Notes: generated by a model not told the origin, from the letters alone. 64,000 nt of DNA from Eledone cirrhosa (GCA_964016885.1 OZ024741.1:342054001-342118000), one strand, 5' to 3'. Shown: positions 13,013-26,432, counted from the stretch's first letter. Program-made: numbers and translations.

Positions 13013-13315
13013 TGGAGGCACATGGCTTTGCAATCGAAAGGTTGTGAGTTCAATTCTCAGACCGGGTGATGTGTTGTTTCCTTGAGCAAGACACTTTATT
13101 TCGCATTGCTCCAGTTTACTCAGCTGTAGAAATGAGATGATAGGGACTGGGTTGCCTATCATTCCACTGTAAAGTGGACATGTAGGCGCCACAGCAAAAA
13201 AGCACCCAGCACTCACTGTAAATGAGGTTGGTGTTAGGAAGGGCATCCAGCTGTAGAAATCAAGCCAGAATCAGTTCCCGTCCCACCCTTGCAAGCAGGG
13301 AAAAGCGGACATAAT
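13013..13315 (+). mobile_element. tRNA-derived SINE family B with an RTE-derived 3' end
   Basis: Head GAGTTCAATTCTC, then a CCTTGAGCAAGACACTT central motif and GTTAGGAAGGGCATCCAGC. The terminal CCCGTCCCACCCTTGCAAGCAGGGAAAAGCGGAC matches the 3' end of the LINE at 9348-9384. Confidence 0.8.
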
Positions 13316-13329
13316 AAGAGAAATAAGAG

Positions 13330-14034
13330 AATCTATATCCTGATTCTTTTTTAATTGAGTTTGAATTATTTTGCCCACATCTTACGTTAATTATTTTCCC
13401 ATTTTGACGCTATAGTCACTTATATATTATTGTTCATTTATATATTTATACTCGGATTTCTTTCCTAGAGTGCTTAAACTATTTGTGAGTAATCCCGGTA
13501 TTATTATTTTTTTAAAAACGCGATAATATTGCTTTTTGCTGAACTCCTTATTGTAGAGATTTTCGGAATGTTTTTGACTGTTGTTTCATGTAAACAAACA
13601 TTCGTCTCATTCTGACGTCACCAGCCCTGTTTTTCCACATGTGCGTTTTATTTTCATAATCACGCATGATGTTAAACTAGCCTGCTTTTAAATTCCCTTT
13701 TTGGCATATTAATCAGTGAGATTTTGGCTATCATGTTGAGCTCTGCTGACGATCGAATTCCAACCGTGACCATCCCCACTGAAAGTTTGCGTGAAATAGT
13801 CTTTTCAAGACTATACAGAGCATTTGTAGTTGTTCCAAATTGAAGGATGAGTATTTTAAACTTTATTTTATCATGAGTTAAAGCTCAATTGATTTTTCCC
13901 TGAATTTCACTAAATTCTGTTGGATAAATCTATATCCTGATTCTTTTTGAATTGAGTTTGAATTTTGATGCTATAGTCACTTATATATTATGGAATACTG
14001 TTGGCTTCTTGCTACAATACTTTCTATACCTTTC

Positions 14035-14040
<6 letters not shown>
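13330..14040 (+). mobile_element. ~597-bp monomer plus partial direct repeat (pLTR/retrozyme-like) ending in (TA)n
   Basis: ATCTATATCCTGATTCTTTTT...TGAGTTTGAATT...GCTATAGTCACTTATATATTAT occurs at 13331 and again at 13928. A hammerhead lies between them. Confidence 0.6.
13740..13821 (+). ncRNA. Type I hammerhead ribozyme with full stem III and large loop II
   Basis: gctctg-CTGACGA-[40 nt]-GAAA-tagtctt ttc aagacta-TA-cagagc. Stem I is a perfect 6 bp and stem III is 8 bp. Confidence 0.78.
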
Positions 14041-14097
<57 letters not shown>

Positions 14098-14186
14098 TAT
14101 ATTATAAGAACAGATTTTAATCTTCACATTTATTATTACTATATATATATACATGTGTGTATTGTAATTATTATTATTAATGTCAA

Positions 14187-14390
14187 GGCGGTGGATTAGC
14201 AGTGGATTGGCAGTATCGGTAGAGGGTCGGACGCCATGCTTTCCAGCATAGTTACGTCCCTTTATGATCTGAGTTCAAATCCCACCGAGGTTGACTTTGC
14301 CTTTCATCCTTACGGGGTCGATAAAATAAAGTACCAGTAATGCACTGGTTAATTGCTGGCCTTGTGCCTAAAGTAGAAACATTATTATTA
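14187..14390 (+). mobile_element. SINE family A with TSD
   Basis: Family A body. TTATTATTAATGTCAA is duplicated on both sides. Confidence 0.88.
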
Positions 14391-15334
14391 ATGTCAATAA
14401 ATATTTGTTATTTACTTCAAAGTTTCTTTGATACTACTGGCTTCTAAAAACAGTGTTTAGTAAGATTAACTGTTCTTTATATATAGTAGTAATTTAGTAC
14501 AGGGAAGTAGTCGGTCGATGTAGTTAGTAGACATAAGCCTAAAGAGGAGAGGAAAGATTTGATATAGGTAGGAATACATAAAAGAGAGAGCTGGAAAGGG
14601 GGATGTATTTACTGGGCACTTATTTAGCTGTGTGATAGAACCATTCTCTCTTATATTAACTATTAAAGTGAAGGTCATTGGTAAACATAATTTATAACAA
14701 TGTTACCTCTTACAAATTTGATAGTGTATTTTTACTTTTTAGTTTTCTGACTTAGCATAGACACTTGAAGATTAATGGCCATATAAATAATTTACAGATA
14801 CTAATTTACAAAAAATGCATATTATTTTATGTACATGTTTAAATTAACATAAATACATTTATATCTGCCTGGAATGTTTTTATATGCATACGCTCATAAA
14901 TACGTAAAGTAATATGAAGCAAAAAGCAATTTGAAAATAAGATTAAGAGACAACAGAAAAAAATACAAAATGGAAGAATAGAGAACTCAAGGGAAATATA
15001 TACTAACAGGAAGAGAAGATGAGGAAAGTTTTACCATATTGTAACAAAAGTAACTCTACCTGAGTACCAAACCTATTTTAAATCATACCTTCCAATCTTA
15101 AAGGATACCTGAGATAATTTAGTGCAATATACTATCTAAAATACATATTGGTCATGGCTGAAATATTTTTGATCATATTGTCTTTGTTGAACCTTCACCT
15201 AGTCCAACAATAAATGTTCTTGCTGTTTGAATAATGGAACAGCCTGTTCATGAAATTAATATGTATGGGAATGAGAATTCCACAGACATGTGCACCTTTA
15301 ACCCTTTAGCATTTACATTACTTTATCTCACTTA

Positions 15335-15523
15335 AGGGCGGTGGATTGGCAGTATCGGTAGAGGGTCGGACGCCATGCTTTCCAGCATAGTTACGTCCCT
15401 TTACGATCTGAGTTCAAATCCCGCTGAGGTTGACTTTGCCTTTCATCCTTACGGAGTCGATAAAATAAAGTACCAGTAATGCACTGGGTAATTGATGGCC
15501 TTGTGCCTAAAGTAGAAACAATT
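15335..15523 (+). mobile_element. SINE family A with TSD
   Basis: Flanked by duplicated TTACTTTATCTCACTTAA. Confidence 0.88.
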
Positions 15524-15579
15524 ACTTTATCTCACTTAATATCGAATCTACAAGATTTTGATATTATTTATTTTGAGAC

Positions 15580-15765
15580 GGTGAATTGGCAGTATCGGTA
15601 GAGGATTGGACGCCATGCTTTCTAGTATAGTTACGTCCCTTTACGGTTTGAGTTCAAATCCCGCCGAGGTTAACTTTGCTTTTCATCCTTACGGGGTCGA
15701 TAAAATAAAGTACCAGTAATGTACTGGGTAATTGCTGGCCTTGTGCCTAAAGTAGAAACAATTAT
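15580..15765 (+). mobile_element. SINE family A with TSD
   Basis: Flanked by duplicated TTATTTATTTTGAGAC. Confidence 0.88.
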
Positions 15766-15999
15766 TTATTTTGAGACCAATAACTTAACATAAGTATGAG
15801 CAGCCAGTTATGGCTAGTTTGAAAGGAAGAGGTGAGAGAATTCTAGCCTGATACAGCCAGTTTAAATGCTAAAGGATTAAGGCAATTCTCATGGAGAATT
15901 AGTTGTGCTGTGCTCTGATCATAGGTCTGCTGGATCAGAACTGACCTGGTATCAATTGACAACAACTAAAGTAAGCAAAATTGAATTATATGTTTTGCT

Positions 16000-16588
16000 T
16001 AGAGAGACTAAGCATAAGAGGAATCAAATGTTGTGTGCAGGAAAGGAGGTTGCATTGGTATGGACACGTGATGCGTATGAAGGATGACAGCTGCAGAAAA
16101 AGGTGCAGAGCACTAAAAGTTAATGGAAGCCTTGGAGTGGGGAGACCCAAGAAGACCTGGAATGAGGTGATAAAAGCTGATCTTGCTCAATTGCACCTCT
16201 CAAAGGCGATGACACAGGACCAAGACATCTGGCATTACACAGTAATACAGAAGACCCGACTTCCCATGGGTACAAGCCGAAGCTGAAGCATATCGACAAT
16301 ATGCTCCCACCCCCTCCCACTACAAAGTGGTCATGGAGGTGTCACGATAAAAAAGCACCCAGTCCACACTGTAAAATAGCCAAGTAGGCACCACAGTAAA
16401 AAAGCACCCAGCACTCTCTGTAAATGAGGTTGGTGTTTGGAATGACATCCAGCTGTAGAAATCAAGCCAAAATCAGTTTCTGTATGAGCAAGACATAGTC
16501 ACCAGACCTGGCATTGCCTACAACAGGACAATCCGTCTAACCCATGCTAGCGTGGAAGAATGGATGTAAAACAGTGATGATGATGATG
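16000..16588 (+). mobile_element. RTE LINE 3' fragment
   Basis: ERLSIRGIKCCVQERRLHWYGHVMRM...GRPKKTW, followed by the 3' UTR and a (TGA)n tail. Confidence 0.88.
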
Positions 16589-16819
16589 CAACAAATAACA
16601 CAGTAAGATTTGAACTTTTACCCACATGTTTAGCAGTCCGTACTTTTAACTGCTCACCTAAAGTAAAGTTTTTTTTAAAACATAATTCTGTTTATATAAT
16701 TGTTATAGTTGTAAGAGAAAGCATAGCTATGTGGTTAAGCTAGTCACTCCAGAACTATGTGGTTTCAAGTTAGGTCCTACTACATGACATCTTGAACAAA
16801 TGTCTTCTATTATGTTTCT

Positions 16820-17395
16820 ATCCTCAGCATTCTCGTGTAGCACCCATCCACCATCTGAGTGAGTTTCTTGGTCAGTGTCCAAGTCTCAGACCCGTACAGC
16901 AGCGCAGACTCCACTACAGCAATGAAGAGGCGGATTTTCAGGTCTTTATGAAGGTCCGACTTCCATACCGATCTCAAGCTGTGGCACGCCGCCCTGGCTT
17001 TGCTCTTCCTCTCAACCACATCATCTTCCATATTCCCAATCTTTGCTCCCAAATACAGGAAGCCCTCCACCAATTCTAGCGGCTTCCTGCCTACATTAGT
17101 GATCCCCTCTGGCTTCTCAACATTCTCTACCAGATATTTTGTTTTAGTCTCATTCATTCTCAGCCCCACACTCATCGACACAGTCTCAACCTCCTGCATC
17201 AAATCCTCTGCTTCCTTCACTGTATTTGTCACCAAAACTATGTCGTCGGCAAATTCAGCATCCGATACCTGAACATTAATGGCTCTGAACATTAATCAGT
17301 ATACACTGAGGATGAAAAACTCAGAGCTGTATGGGAGCATCCCAAAAGTCAGCTCAAAAGTGACACAGAAGAGTCTGAGGTTAGCTGGACATGCT
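16820..17395. mobile_element. RT fragment of a second RTE-like family with an internal inversion
   Basis: The minus part reads FADD...LLYGSETWTLT...DGCYTRMLR. The plus part, from 17279, continues MALNI...LRLAGH. Confidence 0.8.
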
Positions 17396-18156
17396 AATTG
17401 TAAAATTGATATATATATATATATATATATATCAATTTTACTTTTGAAAACCATAAGAACTGTGAAACCAGTAAAGGAAATAAATAAATATATAGTGTGA
17501 GTGTAAAGTCTTGATTTTTGTTTCATAGATGCCATTTTGTTATTGAAAATTACAACTACTTCATGAGAATAAAAAATGTAAAACATGTTCAGAAAAACTT
17601 TAAACTTGAAATTTATAAATTAAAACAATGGAAAAGTAAAATCTCAAATAGTATCTGAGATATAGTATTTTATAATCATGGAAAGACATTATGGTCAACC
17701 TGTATATCTATGATTACTTTGTGCAATATGTCCTTCCTTTTGTAATATGATAGTATTTGATTTGTGTAAATTGACTGCTATTTCTAATAGACCAAAATCT
17801 CATATAACCTGTCTTATTGGTGATACAGTTTTTATTCTGAATATGTTAGTGTATGTGCATTCATTGTTCTCCACCACACACAAACATTCCTTGGCCACCT
17901 GGTAAAAGGGATGTCGTGATATGATTGGAACTATTTTATACATGCATGATATGCATAATATCACTGGTGTAGTAATACAACACAATCCTTCTCACAGTGG
18001 AACAACTTCACACACCTCGTATATCTCTGGTATACTAATACAACACACTTCCATTTTGTCCCAGTTCCCTCTCAGTCAGTGTCTGTAAATACTTCTCTGT
18101 AGTATAAATAAAATACTTGTAACATGCAACTGTCTTGGCCATCATTATATTGCATA

Positions 18157-18837
18157 ACACACCATATCACACCATATCACGCTACATATCAAACCATATC
18201 ACACCATATCACGCTACATGACACACCATATCACACCATATCAAACTACCTGACACACCATATCACACCATATCACACTACATGACACACCATATCACAC
18301 CATATCACACCATATCGCACTACATGACACCATATCACACCATATCACACCATATCAAACTACATGACACACCATATCACACCATATCACACTACATAAG
18401 ACACCATATCACACTACATGACACACCATATCAAACCATATCACACCCTATCAAACTACATGACACACCATATCACACCATATCGCACTACATGACACCA
18501 TATCACACCATATCACACCATATCAAACTACATGACACACCATATCACACCATATCACACTACATAAGACACCATATCACACTACATGACACACCATATC
18601 AAACCATATCACACCCTATCAAACTACATGACACACCATATCACACCATATCACACTACATGACACACCATATCACACCATATCACACTACATGACACAC
18701 CATATCACACCATATCACACCATATCACACTACATGACACACCATATCACACCATATCACACCATATCACACTACATGACACACCATATTACACCATATT
18801 ATACTACATGACACACCATGTCACACCATATCACACC
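18157..18837. repeat. Minisatellite of ACACCATATC / ACACTACATG 10-mers with higher-order repetition
   Basis: Seen directly. Confidence 0.92.
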
Positions 18838-20286
18838 AGTAGACCGCCTCGAGGAGATCGGGGAACAAGTCCGGCATAGCTAGATATAATTCGTAAGGAA
18901 GACCATCGAGACCCGGGGATTTGCGTTTGCCGCATTGGCTCAGCACGTCCTCTATCTCAGCGGCCGAAATCGGCTCCTCGCAGGACATCGCCTCCCTGTC
19001 CGAGAGGCGCGGCAGGCCGTCGAGGTATGGACCGAAGTCCACGTTCCCAACCGGCTCCCCGCCCCTCCCGAACAGTCGGGCAAAGTGCCTTTGAAAGGCC
19101 TCACACATCTGCTTAGGCTCAAGAATCGCCCGTCCATCCAGGTCTCGCAAAGACCGGATGCTGGATTTAGTTCCACTGTTGGCCTCTGTCACGCGGGCCC
19201 AGCTAACAGCTTTGGTCCCCTCGTTCCCTAGAGCACGTATTTTACTTCGGACAACGCAGCCTTCGTGCTTCGCGTCGAAAAACTGGCTCAAAGCCGTTCT
19301 CGACGCTAGCACTCTGGCCACGTCGCCGCTTCTAATTGCCTCTTCTACTCTATCTATTAGCTCCCTTTCCTTCCTATTCCTATCCGCAGCTAGAACCTTA
19401 CTAAATTCTATCGAGACTACTCTAATCTCTCTCTTTAGAGATACCCATCACCTGCTGTTGACGATTGCTCCAGTCAACCGTTCCTTAACTAACGTACTAA
19501 TCCGATTCCTGTAGGCTCTATTTGCCGGCAAGGACAAGTTGAGCTTCCAGTAACCGGGGCCCTGTCTATGAGTTCTGTCAAGGTTGACCATGCAGGTCAC
19601 TAATTTGTGGTCTGAATAGCCAACCATGCGCATTTTTGGACAACTTAAAAAGTCCTTATCCTTAATTCTAACTAAGAACCTATCTAGGTACGACCTAGAT
19701 GATCCGCTACGATTTGCCCAAGTCCAGGTTGGCGCAGTCGGAAAATCTAGTCGATATCTATCGGCCAGGTCAAATCGACCGATTAACCCTTTGAGGCTAT
19801 TACACCCCTCTCTATCGGGGCAGGCCCCTACGTAGTCCCAGCGTGCATCTAGGATACCATTCTAGTCCCCCACTAATAGCAAGGAGCGGGACGTCCCTAG
19901 AAAAGTCTCCAGACGATGGAAGAAGTCCGGCCGCATTGACCCGAAAGGGCCGTAGGCGGCTACCAGCCTAAACGCTCCGCCTTTACCACTGCCAAGGTCC
20001 AGAACCACTAGTCGACCCTCCGGGTCCAAATGTACCATGTGTTGCGAGACCCAGATGTTTTTGCAGCAGAACGACAACTCCACCCCCACCACCGGGCTGA
20101 CAGAGAGATGCGTGCATCTCAAAGTCATCAAAGGTGGGGGCCAGCTGTCGCACGTTGCTGATCCGGGCCTCGCAAATAACCATCACATCTATACGTTGTG
20201 ACCTGAGGTCATTTAGAAGCATTGCTTGCTTCCAAGTTGAGCCCAGGCCACGCGCATTTAAACAGCCTACTCTTAGCATAGCCATG
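18838..20286 (-). pseudogene. Tx1-like ORF2 N-terminal part (APE endonuclease to RT start), disrupted
   Basis: MLRVGCLNARGL, LLVGD, YSDHKLV, GPGYWKLN, KSPGLDGLPYELY spread over several frames. Confidence 0.85.
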
Positions 20287-20309
20287 TTGGTGGTGAAGAG
20301 AAAAGGCAC

Positions 20310-21224
20310 TTACCTCTCTGCGTCCCGGGTATCGGGCTGCACAATTTCCATTAGGGTGGGGGATGGGTTGTTGGGTGGGGTGGTGGTTTGTGGAAGTGTA
20401 GGGGCATCAGTGTGTTGTGTGGTTGGGGAGCTTGGAGTTGTGTGGGTGTTTGGGGAGGGGGTGGGGTAGTTTTTTAGGAGGACGCGGTTAATGGGCCCGA
20501 CGCAGGGGGGACCCACGTCCTCTTTAAAATTGTTTTTTAAAGTTTTATAGGTGTCCTGTGGGGCCTTAATCATTTTGAGGTGGGGGAAATCCCCTGCCTG
20601 GGTGAAGTTAGGCCCTTGTGTTTTTATTAGGTTGTTGTTGTACACAATGTTTAACAGTTTTTTGTTTCTTGTGTTTATGTATGTGTATGCATGTTTTTGT
20701 TTTTGTGTGGTGTTTTTTGTTTGCTGTTGTTGTGAGCTCTTTTGTGTTGGTGTCAGTGTTATGTTTTGGGGAGGGTTTTTTTTCATTTGTGTGTCTGAGG
20801 TGTGTTTTCTTTTTTTTCTTTTGATTGTGTGGAAGTGCTCCTCTTCGTCTGACGACGAACTAGGGTCATCTTCCGCGTTGGAGGGGAGGGGTATATTTTC
20901 GGGTTGTGTTTGCGGTACGGGTGTTTTGGAAATTGTTTTTGTTTTTTGAGTGGAGGGGATGGGTTGGACATTGTTTTGTTTTGGTTTGAGCTGTGGTGGT
21001 TGTTTTTGTAGTGGTAGTTGTGGTGATTGTGTTGGTTGTGCAGTTGTTGGTGGTGTAGGAAGGATTGGGGTTTTCTTATTAAGTTGGGGACAGACAGCCC
21101 TCAGGTGACCTCTAGTTCCGCAGAGGTAACACGAGGGCCGTCTACCCTCAACGGTAATGTTGATGAAGGTTAGATCATCCAGTATGACGCGTTCAGGGAT
21201 CTGGGCGATCCTTTCGGGCCTCAT
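20310..21224 (-). CDS. Tx1-like ORF1 (5'-truncated) with a CCHC zinc knuckle
   Basis: CYLCGTRGHLRAVC, followed by low-complexity P/Q/T/K sequence. Confidence 0.75.
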   Translation of the reverse strand: MRPERIAQIPERVILDDLTFINITVEGRRPSCYLCGTRGHLRAVCPQLNKKTPILPTPPTTAQPTQSPQLPLQKQPPQLKPKQNNVQPIPSTQKTKTISKTPVPQTQPENIPLPSNAEDDPSSSSDEEEHFHTIKRKKRKHTSDTQMKKNPPQNITLTPTQKSSQQQQTKNTTQKQKHAYTYINTRNKKLLNIVYNNNLIKTQGPNFTQAGDFPHLKMIKAPQDTYKTLKNNFKEDVGPPCVGPINRVLLKNYPTPSPNTHTTPSSPTTQHTDAPTLPQTTTPPNNPSPTLMEIVQPDTRDAER

Positions 21225-21266
21225 TTGAACTACAAGTTCATTTGAACTACAAGTTACCTGGATGCG

Positions 21267-22898
21267 GTGCTAGCGGCGGCAGGCTTCGGACCCGTTTTCA
21301 GGGGCTGGATCACTGCTATGCACAGCAGCCGCATCTGCTCTAGGGTCAAGGTGAACGGCTACCTCTCGGAGCCGTTCAAAATCGCACGGTCCATCCGACA
21401 AGGGTGCCCTCTCTCCTCCTTTCTGTATGTGTTGACTCTCGAGCCACTACTGCGGAAGTTGGAGTTGTTGCAGGGCATCCCTTTGGAACCGGGATTGCGG
21501 AAAGCGGTGTCGGCCTACGCCGATGACGTGACAGTAATGGTGTCGACGGCCTCCGAAATCGAGGCGGTTGGCACCTTACTGGAGGAGTACGAAAAGTTCA
21601 CAGGGGCTAAGCTGAACCGGGACAAGTCGATCGGTTTGCAACTCGGCACGTGGAGGGGCAGACCGATGCCCTCCGATGGCGTCGTCGGACGCTGGACGGA
21701 GGGCCCGGTGAAGTTGCTCTGGGTCTGGTTCGGACCGGACCTCCAGGTGGAGAAAAACTGGGCGGAGGTTACGAACAGGGTGTTTGCACTGACCCAGAAG
21801 TGGGCCAGTTGCAAACTATCCCTGAAAGGTCGGGCGGAGGTGGCGAACACCTACATAGCGTCCGTCATCTACTACCGCCTGACCGTAGTGCCCTGCCCAA
21901 GGGAAACCCTCACCAAGATGGAGCGCGCACTCTTCCAATTCCTTTGGAAGAGGTGGGCTCCTATGGTGAGGAGATCCATCTGCTGTCAACACCCTTCGAA
22001 AGGAGGGCTGGGGATGCCGTGGCTAATGATGCGTAAACACGCATTAAGGCTACGGCACCTCTACGTATTCCTCACCGGACAACCGGTGTGGGCCTCGTTT
22101 GTGAGACGAACCTTTCCCAGACTCGTCTCACTCACCGAGCTGCAATCCTGGGTCAAGCAAAGACCGAGAAAACTGGGCGCCTGGCACACTGAGTGTGCCC
22201 AGGCGCTCACCGCCCTCTGGCAGGCGGATCCGGTTATCAGTGGAGACTCCACCGCAACATTCTATAGAGAGCTGGTACGCAGCAGGTGCGACGACGCCCT
22301 CGGAGAAGCCCTAGACATGGAGGAGGACGAACTGGTCGGCCTGTTCGGTAGGACATTCAGCCCGGGACCTATGGACAACTTCCAGAAGTCCCTGGCCTGG
22401 CAGTGCTACCGAGGAGCTTTACCCGTTCGAGAAAGGCTCTACAGACACGGGCGCCCGGGTAGGGACCCCGCCAAAAAGATCTATCCCAGATGCGTGTGCG
22501 ACGAGGAAACCGTTGCACACGCATTGGTACACTGCTCGGGCGTAGCCGATCTGTGGGGCTATGTCGAACAACTGCTGTCAAGGGTGGGACCGATCCGGTT
22601 GACCACCGAGTCTATTGTAATGATCAAGCCGCCTCCCCCCTTCAAAGATGAAGCAGAGGCGGTGTTTCTGTGCATAATAGCCATGGCGAAAGAGGTTGTA
22701 TGGTGGACGCGTCTGAAAGGACTGAGGTCAGGCACCTTTCTCTCTGGCCAACAACTGGTCCGTTTCTTCCGATATCATTTCGGAAGAAGGATCAGAATGG
22801 AGAGAGAGGTGCTGCACCCCAGCCGTTTCTATGAAAGATGGGTGAAAGTGGCGAGAATGGCCCGTGTGAATGGGCCTTCACTCTACATCAGACTATAG
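21267..22898 (+). CDS. Tx1-like ORF2 C-terminal part (RT core and zinc finger), open for 543 aa
   Basis: SIRQGCPLS, AYADDV, KGGLGMP, PRCVCDEETVAHALVHC. Confidence 0.88.
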   Translation: MLAAAGFGPVFRGWITAMHSSRICSRVKVNGYLSEPFKIARSIRQGCPLSSFLYVLTLEPLLRKLELLQGIPLEPGLRKAVSAYADDVTVMVSTASEIEAVGTLLEEYEKFTGAKLNRDKSIGLQLGTWRGRPMPSDGVVGRWTEGPVKLLWVWFGPDLQVEKNWAEVTNRVFALTQKWASCKLSLKGRAEVANTYIASVIYYRLTVVPCPRETLTKMERALFQFLWKRWAPMVRRSICCQHPSKGGLGMPWLMMRKHALRLRHLYVFLTGQPVWASFVRRTFPRLVSLTELQSWVKQRPRKLGAWHTECAQALTALWQADPVISGDSTATFYRELVRSRCDDALGEALDMEEDELVGLFGRTFSPGPMDNFQKSLAWQCYRGALPVRERLYRHGRPGRDPAKKIYPRCVCDEETVAHALVHCSGVADLWGYVEQLLSRVGPIRLTTESIVMIKPPPPFKDEAEAVFLCIIAMAKEVVWWTRLKGLRSGTFLSGQQLVRFFRYHFGRRIRMEREVLHPSRFYERWVKVARMARVNGPSLYIRL

Positions 22899-23454
22899 GT
22901 GAGGAAGATGAAAGACCAAGGGAGCACCCCTTCTCTGTGCTCCTGAGGAGAAGGGTTGCACACTTTTTTCGGGGGGGGGGGTGCGACCCCCCAAGGCGCC
23001 TCCTCTCTATTGAGGACTTTGTTATAAATTTTATTTTTTGTTATATTTTATTTTATTTTTATAGATTGTTATTGCCTCCTCCTTATTGAGGACGCCTTGT
23101 TTTGTAAACTCCCCCCATTGTACTTGTCCCACTTTTGATGCCCTGGTGGCAAATAAAAGAAACATATCTGTCTATCTCACTCCTCAAACAACATTTTCAA
23201 TTGCCAGACATAAAGAACTCTCTAGAAAACAACTTCATTACATGTCAGCCTTTAAATAGCTCTGGAAGCATTTCCCAATCAAATCTACCTAGTGAATCAA
23301 ATAAATTCTCGCAGACTATTTTTTAAACCCACTTCCTAAATTGTTATTCCATTAGGCAAGCAGACGTTTTACTTTTAGTTTTCTAATTTTATGGACTATT
23401 TCTTGTTTCTCTCTCACTCACTAAATGTATTTAGCTATATTTACAAATCTATCT

Positions 23455-24951
<1,497 letters not shown>

Positions 24952-24959
24952 CAAACCAC

Positions 24960-26150
24960 ATTATCATCAACATCATTTAACGTCTGTTTTGCCTGCTAGA
25001 TGGACAGGTCACTACAGACCAAGTCAGTACTCAAGTAAGGCGCTACTAAACCCTCATTTGTAGGGCGGGCTGTCTCAGTCAGTTATGTTCCCATACTATA
25101 GCAGGTGCTCTGGCATAGTGGGGCCCACATCATGCTTACTAAAAAGTTTCCATGCTCTACGGAGTGCATTTTATCATGGTACCAGCACCAGCACTAGGGA
25201 GATTGTCATATCTCTGACACACCTGAAGAGTCCTCCCAACCCTTTGTTTGGCAGTTTTGTTTTTATGGCTGGATGCCCTTCCTATCACCAACCACTTTAC
25301 AGAGTGTACTAGGTGTATTTATTATGTAAGTAACCAATACTAAAGAGATTGTCATGCTCATGACACAACTGGAGGGTCCACTCAACCTTTTTGGCATTGT
25401 TACCAGCACGAGGGAGATTTTGGTCAGTGACTCAACTGAAAACCTTCCCTACTTTATATGTGGTGGGGATGAGAGGGGGGGTTATGACTGAGCTCTTAGG
25501 ATTTTAGGGTGTGATCTTAGGCAGGATAATAAACTTGGATAAAGTGTGACTGTTAGGATGTGGTGACTGTTAGGATGTGGTGACTTCCAGTAGCGTGGGA
25601 GGTACTCTGGTGATAGGGTGGGTTATAGCTAGTATATTAGAATTTGGGGGGTAATAATAGGTGATCCTGAAGTGGGGAACCTAGATAGTGTGAGGATGGG
25701 GTTTGGAGGGGGACGTTTCTGAATGGGGTATGTGTGTGGGTATAGGTGTGAAGTATACAGGATGTGGCAAGGTGGCATGGAAGAGTGAGGAGTGGCTACT
25801 AGGGAGTAATTGTTAGAGGTGAAGCATGTGTTTGTGTGAGGGTTACATTTTATGCTGGTAGGCAGGTCTTCACCAGTACTGCATACCACCAGCCCTCGCT
25901 GTCCTTTGTCAACTTTAATGTGAGGTTCAACTTTCAATGGTCAATCCTCACTACCTTATCCCCAGTCTCCTGTGTCTACTTCTTCCACAAGTCCCATCCA
26001 TTGAGATTTCTCAGTATTTCTTAATACAGCTGTCATCTTTTTATGCATCACATGTCCATACCAACTCAGTCTTCTCTCTTACACAATACATCCAATTACT
26101 CTTAAGCCTAGATTTTCTCTCTGTCCACTTATGCTGTGTCATTTATATAC
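24960..26150 (-). mobile_element. Old, decayed RTE 3' end and UTR fragments
   Basis: GGCTGGATGCCCTTCCTA...CAACCACTTTACA near 25270, and CATCACATGTCCATACCA (WYGHVM) near 26050. Confidence 0.55.
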
Positions 26151-26166
26151 ACTGATGTTACACAGT

Positions 26167-26432
26167 GGAGGCATGTGGCCTAGTGGTAAGGGTGTTGGAT
26201 TTACGATCATAATGTCATGGGTTCAATTCCTGGGTTGCATTTTATGTTCTTCAGCAAAATACTTCATTTCGTTGCTCCAGTATACTCAACTGAAAATGAG
26301 TACCAGCAATAGCTGGAGGTTTAACCCTGCAATAGACTGGTATCCTGTCCAGGGGCTAGTTTTTATACTCTCAGTCACTTCACACTATGAAACTGGCATA
26401 AGTACCAGCCAAATGAACCTTCTGGCTTAAGA
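26167..26432 (+). mobile_element. Diverged tRNA-derived SINE (family B-like head)
   Basis: TGGCCTAGTGGTAAG (A box), GGTTCAATTCC (B box) and TTGCTCCAGT...CAACTGAAAATGAGTACC. Confidence 0.7.

Larger units (their letters stand above)
18838..23165. mobile_element. Tx1/L1-clade non-LTR retrotransposon with an inverted 5' half
   Basis: The minus segment 18838-21225 holds ORF1, APE and the RT start (KSPGLDGLPYE). The plus segment 21255-22898 holds the rest of RT and the C-terminal zinc finger. AATAAA at ~23152. Confidence 0.9.

Noticed and set aside
17800-18090. Possible host exon on the minus strand after TTTACAG
   Set aside because: All frames close within ~16 codons and no protein similarity is recognisable.
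26167-26240. tRNA gene
   Set aside because: A/B boxes are present, but there is no cloverleaf and the sequence continues into a SINE body.
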